Below are positions 25,812 through 31,408 of a stretch of DNA of 31,408 nucleotides, piece by piece; within the stretch, counting starts at the first letter, position 1, and the number at the start of each line of letters is the position of its first letter. The DNA comes from a virus. Its lineage: Duplodnaviria > Caudoviricetes. A program made the position numbers and the translations under genes. The stretch is taken from positions 1 through 31,408 of the IMG/VR virus record IMGVR_UViG_3300031972_001528; one strand, 5' to 3'. A model generated the notes under the pieces. It had not been told where the DNA came from. It did not search any database and was given only the letters and a program-made list of their open reading frames with translations.

Positions 25812-27461
25812 ATGAAAGACTTTATAAAATACTTTACAGGTTTACAGAGAAACTTTGGTTTCTGTAATATTAAAAATGGCTACAAAGATCCTGACACAGG
25901 TAAACTAAAATTTAATCCTGGTGACTATGGTTGGTCAGGTAAATTAATTACTGAAGAAGATTATAATCAACATTTAAATGGAACTAAATCCATAGGTATA
26001 CAACCTTGTAATGACAATGGTTTAGCGTGTTTTGGTGCAATAGATATTGATCCTAAAGTATATAAAAACTTAGATATAAAATTTTATCTAGATACTATTC
26101 AACAAAAAGAATTACCTTTAATACCTATTAAATCTAAAAGTGGTGGACTTCATTTATATGTATTTACAAAAGAATTAATTCAAGCAAAAGAAATTAAAGA
26201 TTTTCTAGAACAAGTATTATTTTTATTTAAACTACCTATTACAACAGAAATATTTCCTAAACAAACTAAATTAAATAACAATACAGATGATCAAAAAGTA
26301 AATGGTAACTTTATTAATCTTCCATACTTTAATAAGAATGAAAGAGTTGCGTTAGATCCATCTGGAAAAGAAATGAAATTAGATTTATTTTTAAAAGTTG
26401 TTGGAATGAATCTAATGACATCAGCTAAACTAAAAGAAATATCAGATAACATTATTAAGTTAGAACTTATGGGTGGTGCAGAAGAATTTAAAGATGGCCC
26501 ACCATGTTTAGAAATATTATCTAAACAAAAAATGGATGATGGTAGAGATAGATTTTTATATAACTACATGGTGTTTGCTAAAAAGAAATACGCTGATGAT
26601 TGGTCTAAGAAAGTATTACAAGCAGGTAGAAATTATTTTGAATTTAATGAAACTTGGACAGATGATTATATTAAAAAGAAAATAAAAAACTGGGAGAAAG
26701 ATACTAAAGGTCATACTTGTAGTGATCAATTACTAGCACCGGTTTGTGTTAAGTCTGAATGTGTTAAAAGAAAATTTGGTGTTATCTCTGATAAAAAAAT
26801 TGATTGGCCAATGATGACTAATTTAATTAAAGTAGATTTTAAACCAGACCCTGAATATTATTTTACAGTAGCAAATAAAACAGGTCATTCTGTTATAGTA
26901 CATGCAAAAAATGTAACACAACTTAGAGATCAAAAAGAATTAGGTAGTTTAATAATGGCACAGGTAAACGTATTACCACCACCTATAAAACCTTTGGACT
27001 TTCATGCATTGATAAATGCTTTGTTAGATACTGTTGATACAGTGCAACCGGCTCCAGGGACCAGACCTATGGAGATACTAAAGAAACATTTAAAAGAATA
27101 TATAAATGGTACACAAGCAAAAACTTATGCATCATTTGAAAGTGGTAATGTTTTAAAAGATGAAGTGTATGCTTACTTTGTTTATGATGAATTTTATAAT
27201 GAACTAAAAGAAAATGGTTGGAGAAAAGATTCATCAAGAACTTCTCACATGATTCAAAAAATGTTTGAGACAAAAGAAAAAGAAGATTCATTACCTAAAC
27301 CAGAGTTTGGTAAAAAGAAAAGATTTCCTGGTAAACATAAAAAGACTGGTAAACCATATCCAGGTGTTAATGGGTGTGTAGCTATACCTTTATATTTATT
27401 TGATAAGGAAGAAGAAGATATAGAAGAGACTGCAGACTTTACAGAAGAGGAAATTGTATAA
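25812..27461 (+). CDS. Archaeo-eukaryotic primase (primase-polymerase) family protein
   Basis: GAIDID (motif I), SKSGGLHLY (motif II), EIFPKQ, GNFINLPY, then PPCL and a Cys-containing helical domain; no Walker A seen. Confidence 0.8.
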   Translation: MKDFIKYFTGLQRNFGFCNIKNGYKDPDTGKLKFNPGDYGWSGKLITEEDYNQHLNGTKSIGIQPCNDNGLACFGAIDIDPKVYKNLDIKFYLDTIQQKELPLIPIKSKSGGLHLYVFTKELIQAKEIKDFLEQVLFLFKLPITTEIFPKQTKLNNNTDDQKVNGNFINLPYFNKNERVALDPSGKEMKLDLFLKVVGMNLMTSAKLKEISDNIIKLELMGGAEEFKDGPPCLEILSKQKMDDGRDRFLYNYMVFAKKKYADDWSKKVLQAGRNYFEFNETWTDDYIKKKIKNWEKDTKGHTCSDQLLAPVCVKSECVKRKFGVISDKKIDWPMMTNLIKVDFKPDPEYYFTVANKTGHSVIVHAKNVTQLRDQKELGSLIMAQVNVLPPPIKPLDFHALINALLDTVDTVQPAPGTRPMEILKKHLKEYINGTQAKTYASFESGNVLKDEVYAYFVYDEFYNELKENGWRKDSSRTSHMIQKMFETKEKEDSLPKPEFGKKKRFPGKHKKTGKPYPGVNGCVAIPLYLFDKEEEDIEETADFTEEEIV

Positions 27462-28894
27462 TGATATATAAGTTTTATGGACCACCAGGTACAGGTAAAA
27501 CATATAGACTAATTAGTAGAGCAAAAGCTTATGTTAGAATAGGAACACCTTTAGATAACATTGCATACTTCGCATTTACTAAAAAAGCTGCAAGTGAAGC
27601 AAGAGATAGAATGCCTGCAGATAATGATAAGTTAACTTACTTTAGAACAATACACTCATTTGCATATGATCAATTAGAATTAAATGATGGTAAGGTAATG
27701 CAACCATCAGATTATGAAGCAATAGGTAAAGAGATAGGTGTCAAAGTAAAATATTATGACAAGTATAATAAGGAAGATATAAATTATTTAAATTGTGACA
27801 GTCCATATTTTCAAATGATTGGTAGAGCAATTAATAGAGATATTAGTATTAGAGATGAATACGATAGAGGAGAGCACAATAAAAAAGAAATTAAATGGAA
27901 GATATTAAAAACAATTGACGACAATTTAAAAGAATACAAAAGAGTAAAAAAGAAATTAGATTTTAATGACATGATAAAACAATTAATTGATAAAGAATCT
28001 TTACCTAGATTCAAAGTTATATTTATTGATGAGGCTCAAGATTTATCACCATTACAATGGAAATTATTTGATAAATTAAAAGAACATACAGATGATATTT
28101 ATTTAGCAGGTGATGATGATCAAGCTATTTTTGCCTGGGCTGGTGCAGATGTAGATAGATTCATAAGTCAAAAAGCTGATGAAGAAAAAGTTTTAAAATA
28201 TTCAAAAAGAATCTCTAGAGCAGTTCAAGAACAATCAGAGATACCTATTGAAAAAATAGAAGGACTAAGAAAAGAAAAAGATTACTACTCAAGAGACTAC
28301 GAGGGTGAGTGTGAATATATAAATAATTTAGATCATGTAGATTTAACAACAGGAAAATGGGTTATATTAACTAGAACTATTAGTAGATTAGTTAGTATGA
28401 AAAAAGAATTAAGAGAAAGAAATTTATATTATCAAACAAAGAAAGAAAAATCTTTTAGAGTCAGAGTATATAATGCACATGTTAATTATAACTCTTGGTG
28501 TAGAGGAAAGATATTAGATGAAAAAGAATGGAAAGATATTGAAGAATATATTGGAAAAAAGATGGAAGATTGGGATCCAGATTTAGATTGGTTTGATGCA
28601 TTTAAAGAAGTTGAATATGAAGACAAGGAATACATTAAAGAAATGATGGAGAATGGAGAAGATTTAGATTTACCTGCTAGAATATTTATATCAACCATAC
28701 ATGCATTTAAAGGTGGTGAACAAGACAATGTAATACTTTGTTTAGACCAACCAAATAAAATTAAAAAAGCAGTGCGTAAAAGTAAAAGTAAAAGTGATGA
28801 AGAACATAGGGTTTGGTATGTAGGAATCACACGTGCTAGAAATAATTTATATAAACTAAAGTCTAAAAAGAAAGTCAATGCATACAAATTATAG
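27461..28894 (+). CDS. UvrD/Rep-like SF1 helicase
   Basis: GPPGTGKT, AFTKKAA, TIHSF, IDEAQD, GDDDQAIF, STIHAFKGGE, YVGITRAR. Confidence 0.92.
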   Translation: MIYKFYGPPGTGKTYRLISRAKAYVRIGTPLDNIAYFAFTKKAASEARDRMPADNDKLTYFRTIHSFAYDQLELNDGKVMQPSDYEAIGKEIGVKVKYYDKYNKEDINYLNCDSPYFQMIGRAINRDISIRDEYDRGEHNKKEIKWKILKTIDDNLKEYKRVKKKLDFNDMIKQLIDKESLPRFKVIFIDEAQDLSPLQWKLFDKLKEHTDDIYLAGDDDQAIFAWAGADVDRFISQKADEEKVLKYSKRISRAVQEQSEIPIEKIEGLRKEKDYYSRDYEGECEYINNLDHVDLTTGKWVILTRTISRLVSMKKELRERNLYYQTKKEKSFRVRVYNAHVNYNSWCRGKILDEKEWKDIEEYIGKKMEDWDPDLDWFDAFKEVEYEDKEYIKEMMENGEDLDLPARIFISTIHAFKGGEQDNVILCLDQPNKIKKAVRKSKSKSDEEHRVWYVGITRARNNLYKLKSKKKVNAYKL

Positions 28895-28896
28895 AA

Positions 28897-29031
28897 TTAC
28901 ACAACTGTGTAAAAAGAACGGGATAGCGACATTTCCTATGGGGTGGGTGGCAGCATCTTCCTCTAACGAGGGAAGTTGGTTCGGATCGCGATTCCCTTTG
29001 TTTTTTAATCCGTTAAACCAACAACTGCCAC
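28897..29031 (+). ncRNA. Candidate structured RNA (unassigned family)
   Basis: GC-rich intergenic region with nested stems GTGGCAG/CTGCCAC, CTTCCTC/GAGGGAAG, GTTGGTT/AACCAAC and CGGAT/ATCCG, plus a long-range pairing; strand not certain. Confidence 0.5.
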
Positions 29032-29052
29032 AAATAACTTAAAGGAGAAAAT

Positions 29053-29190
29053 ATGATTAAGATAATAGAGTTAGAAAAAAGAGATAATAATTTTTTTGTT
29101 GTCTATGAAAAAAATAATGAGACATTTACATTTAATGGTAATTCAGAAGAATGTTTAAATGAAATAACAGGAGAAAATTATGAGCAATAA
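29053..29190 (+). CDS. Small hypothetical protein (45 aa, below the ORF-track cutoff)
   Basis: AAGGAG SD at 29042-29047; MIKIIELEKRDNNFFVVYEKNNETFTFNGNSEECLNEITGENYEQ; overlaps the next start. Confidence 0.6.
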   Translation: MIKIIELEKRDNNFFVVYEKNNETFTFNGNSEECLNEITGENYEQ

Positions 29191-29428
29191 AGATATGTTT
29201 GATAAGGCTTTTCCACAAGATAAGCAAATAGGTGGGAGTCACTATAAAGACTTTCACATTCAACCTTATGAATTTATTTCTAAAAACGATCTTTCTTTTT
29301 TTCAAGGAAACGTTATAAAATATGTATGTCGTTATATGAATAAAAATGGCATACAAGATTTAGAGAAAGTAATTCATTATTGTGAATTAGAAATTAAAAA
29401 GTTGAAAGATATTAAAGGTAAAAAATAA
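29180..29428 (+). CDS. DUF3310 family protein (T7 gp1.7-like, putative nucleotide kinase domain)
   Basis: QIGGSHYK..IQP.EFI...GNVIKY..RY..KNG.QDLEK..HY. Confidence 0.85.
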   Translation: MSNKDMFDKAFPQDKQIGGSHYKDFHIQPYEFISKNDLSFFQGNVIKYVCRYMNKNGIQDLEKVIHYCELEIKKLKDIKGKK

Positions 29429-31365
29429 TGTTGATGCCAACTACAGAATGGGTACAACCCACAGAGTTTCCTGATTTAAGAAAAGCGGAAGAGATTGCAA
29501 TTGACTTGGAGACAAGAGATCCAGAATTAAAGAAACTGGGTTCAGGGGCCATTAAAGGTAGTGGTGAAGTTGTGGGTATAGCTGTAGCTGTAGATGGTTA
29601 TAAAGCTTATTTTCCTATTGCACATGGTGAAGGTCCAAATATGGATCGTAAAAAAGTTTTAGATTGGTTTACAGATGTATGTGAATCACCTGCTACAAAA
29701 ATATTTCACAATGCAATGTATGATGTTTGTTGGATTAGAAATTTAGGTATTAAAATTAATGGTTTAATTATAGATACAATGATTGCAGCATCTATAATAG
29801 ATGAAAATAGATTTCAATATTCATTAAACTCTTTGTCTTGGGTTTATTTAAAACAAGGTAAAAATGAAGCTTTACTTACTAAAGCAGCAAAAGAAAGAGG
29901 ATTAGATCCTAAAGCAGAAATGTGGAAACTACCTGCAAGTGAAGTTGGTGGTTATGCAGAAAAAGATGCTGAACTAACTTTATTGTTATGGCACCATTTA
30001 AAAAAAATTATAATCGAAGATGATCTCCAGGATATATTTAATCTTGAGACTGATCTGTTTCCTTGTTTAGTTGATATGCGCCACCTAGGTGTTCGGGTAG
30101 ATATAGAGAAAGCTGATCAATTAAAAAAAGTAATGGCAATAAAAGAACAAAACCTATTACAACAAATAAAAATAGAAACAGGAATAGATACTCAAATATG
30201 GGCTGCAAGATCGATTGCAGAAGTTTTTGAAAAACTGAAGCTACCTTATAGCCGAACTGAAAAGACTGACTCTCCTTCATTTACTAAAAATTTTATTTCT
30301 ACTCATAATCATCCTGTAGTTCGTATGATAGCAGAAGCTAGAAAAATAAACAAGGTCAGTACAACTTTTATAGATACTATTTTAAATCATTCACATTTAG
30401 GTAGAATACACGCAGACATTAATCAGATTAGATCTGATGATGGGGGAACAGTTACAGGAAGATTCTCATATGCAAATCCTAATCTACAACAGATTCCGGC
30501 ACGTGATCCAGATACAGGTCCATTAATAAGAAGTTTATTTATACCTGAAGAAGGTTGTAAGTGGGGTACGTTTGATTACTCGCAACAAGAGCCACGTTTA
30601 GTTGCACACTATGCATTAAGATTTGGTTTAGATTCAGCAACTCCAATATCAGAAGCATATCAAGAAGATCCTAAAACAGACTTTCATCAAATTGTAGCTG
30701 ACATGGCAGAGATAGATAGAAAAGAAGCTAAGACTATTAACTTAGGTTTGTTTTATGGAATGGGTAAAGCAAAACTTCAAAACGAATTAAATGTTTCAAA
30801 AGATAAAGCAGATGAATTATTTAATACTTATCATGGTAGAGTTCCATTTGTAAAACAACTAATGAACCAGGTTATGTCTGCAGCACAATCAAAAGGACAG
30901 ATAAAAACTTTACTAGGTAGACGTTGTAGATTTCCTAAGTATGAACCAATACTTAGAGGTTCTGATTGGGGTACATTTGTTCCGGCAGAAGATCACGACA
31001 CTATGTTAGAACTAAAAGAAATGGGTCCACATCTAAAAGACAGAGATGGAAAAGTTTTAAAAGATACTGAAGGTAATCCTAAAAGAAACTATTGGTATAA
31101 CAATTCAACACGTAGAGCCTTTACATACAAAGCATTGAATAAATTAATTCAAGGTAGTGCAGCTGATATGACTAAAAGAGCTATGGTTAATTTATATAAG
31201 GAAGGTTTAATAGGTCATATACAAATTCATGATGAATTAGATTTTTCTATTGAATCAGAGAGTCAAGCTAAAAAAATAAAAGATATTATGGAAAATGCAG
31301 TTGACTTGAAAGTACCTAATAAAGTAGATTATGAATCTGGCCCTAATTGGGGTGAAATAAAATAA
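29428..31365 (+). CDS. polA: Family A DNA polymerase with 3'-5' exonuclease domain
   Basis: Exo motifs DLET, FHNAMYD, YAEKDA; TGRFS..PNLQQIP; motif A DYSQQEPR; motif B RKEAKTINLGLFYG; motif C IHDEL. Confidence 0.96.
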   Translation: MLMPTTEWVQPTEFPDLRKAEEIAIDLETRDPELKKLGSGAIKGSGEVVGIAVAVDGYKAYFPIAHGEGPNMDRKKVLDWFTDVCESPATKIFHNAMYDVCWIRNLGIKINGLIIDTMIAASIIDENRFQYSLNSLSWVYLKQGKNEALLTKAAKERGLDPKAEMWKLPASEVGGYAEKDAELTLLLWHHLKKIIIEDDLQDIFNLETDLFPCLVDMRHLGVRVDIEKADQLKKVMAIKEQNLLQQIKIETGIDTQIWAARSIAEVFEKLKLPYSRTEKTDSPSFTKNFISTHNHPVVRMIAEARKINKVSTTFIDTILNHSHLGRIHADINQIRSDDGGTVTGRFSYANPNLQQIPARDPDTGPLIRSLFIPEEGCKWGTFDYSQQEPRLVAHYALRFGLDSATPISEAYQEDPKTDFHQIVADMAEIDRKEAKTINLGLFYGMGKAKLQNELNVSKDKADELFNTYHGRVPFVKQLMNQVMSAAQSKGQIKTLLGRRCRFPKYEPILRGSDWGTFVPAEDHDTMLELKEMGPHLKDRDGKVLKDTEGNPKRNYWYNNSTRRAFTYKALNKLIQGSAADMTKRAMVNLYKEGLIGHIQIHDELDFSIESESQAKKIKDIMENAVDLKVPNKVDYESGPNWGEIK

Positions 31366-31371
31366 TGTACT

Positions 31372-31408
31372 ATGTCTTATTTAAATGCTAATATACCGCC
31401 GATTTATT
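31372..31408 (+). CDS. 3'-truncated hypothetical protein (MSYLNANIPPIY...)
   Basis: ATG 7 nt after the polymerase stop, frame open to the end of the window. Confidence 0.45.
   Translation, partial: MSYLNANIPPIY

Noticed and set aside
28897-29031. tRNA, hammerhead ribozyme or known riboswitch
   Set aside because: No cloverleaf with a T-loop/CCA, no CUGANGA/GAAA core, and no aptamer consensus I can recognise; kept only as an unassigned structured candidate.
1227-30280. Short alternative-frame/antisense ORFs (1227, 4204, 5372, 6286, 9591, 10693, 11294, 12627, 13755, 14568, 17979, 21917, 27067, 27811, 28486, 29132, 30038)
   Set aside because: They lie within or largely overlap well-supported genes, lack recognisable motifs, and have the composition expected of shadow frames.
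30935-31128. Intein or intron in polA
   Set aside because: The frame is continuous, the insert is short, and it lacks Cys/Ser start and His-Asn end motifs.

Overview
A 31.4-kb AT-rich, densely coding segment of a tailed dsDNA bacteriophage. Gene content and composition suggest a marine podovirus-like phage resembling SAR11 (pelagiphage)/uvMED-type viruses; this assignment is an inference. From left to right: (i) tail/structural genes ending in three tandem tail-collar fibre paralogues with hypervariable, HxH-bracketed tips (3888-5634); (ii) an opposite-strand, very AT-rich cassette of six 2OG-Fe(II) dioxygenases (5624-9114); (iii) a tail tubular/hub protein, small structural genes, a His-rich protein and two glycosyltransferases; (iv) probable internal virion/ejection proteins and a holin-like gene; (v) a replication module with an inverted SNF2 helicase, SSB-like protein, AEP primase, UvrD-like helicase, DUF3310 protein and a Leu762-type family A DNA polymerase. 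No terminase, major capsid, integrase, tRNA or CRISPR array was seen. The best candidates for new biology are a possible fibre-tip hydroxylation/glycosylation system (collar array + oxygenase array + glycosyltransferases) and a GC-rich, multi-stem candidate structured RNA at 28897-29031.
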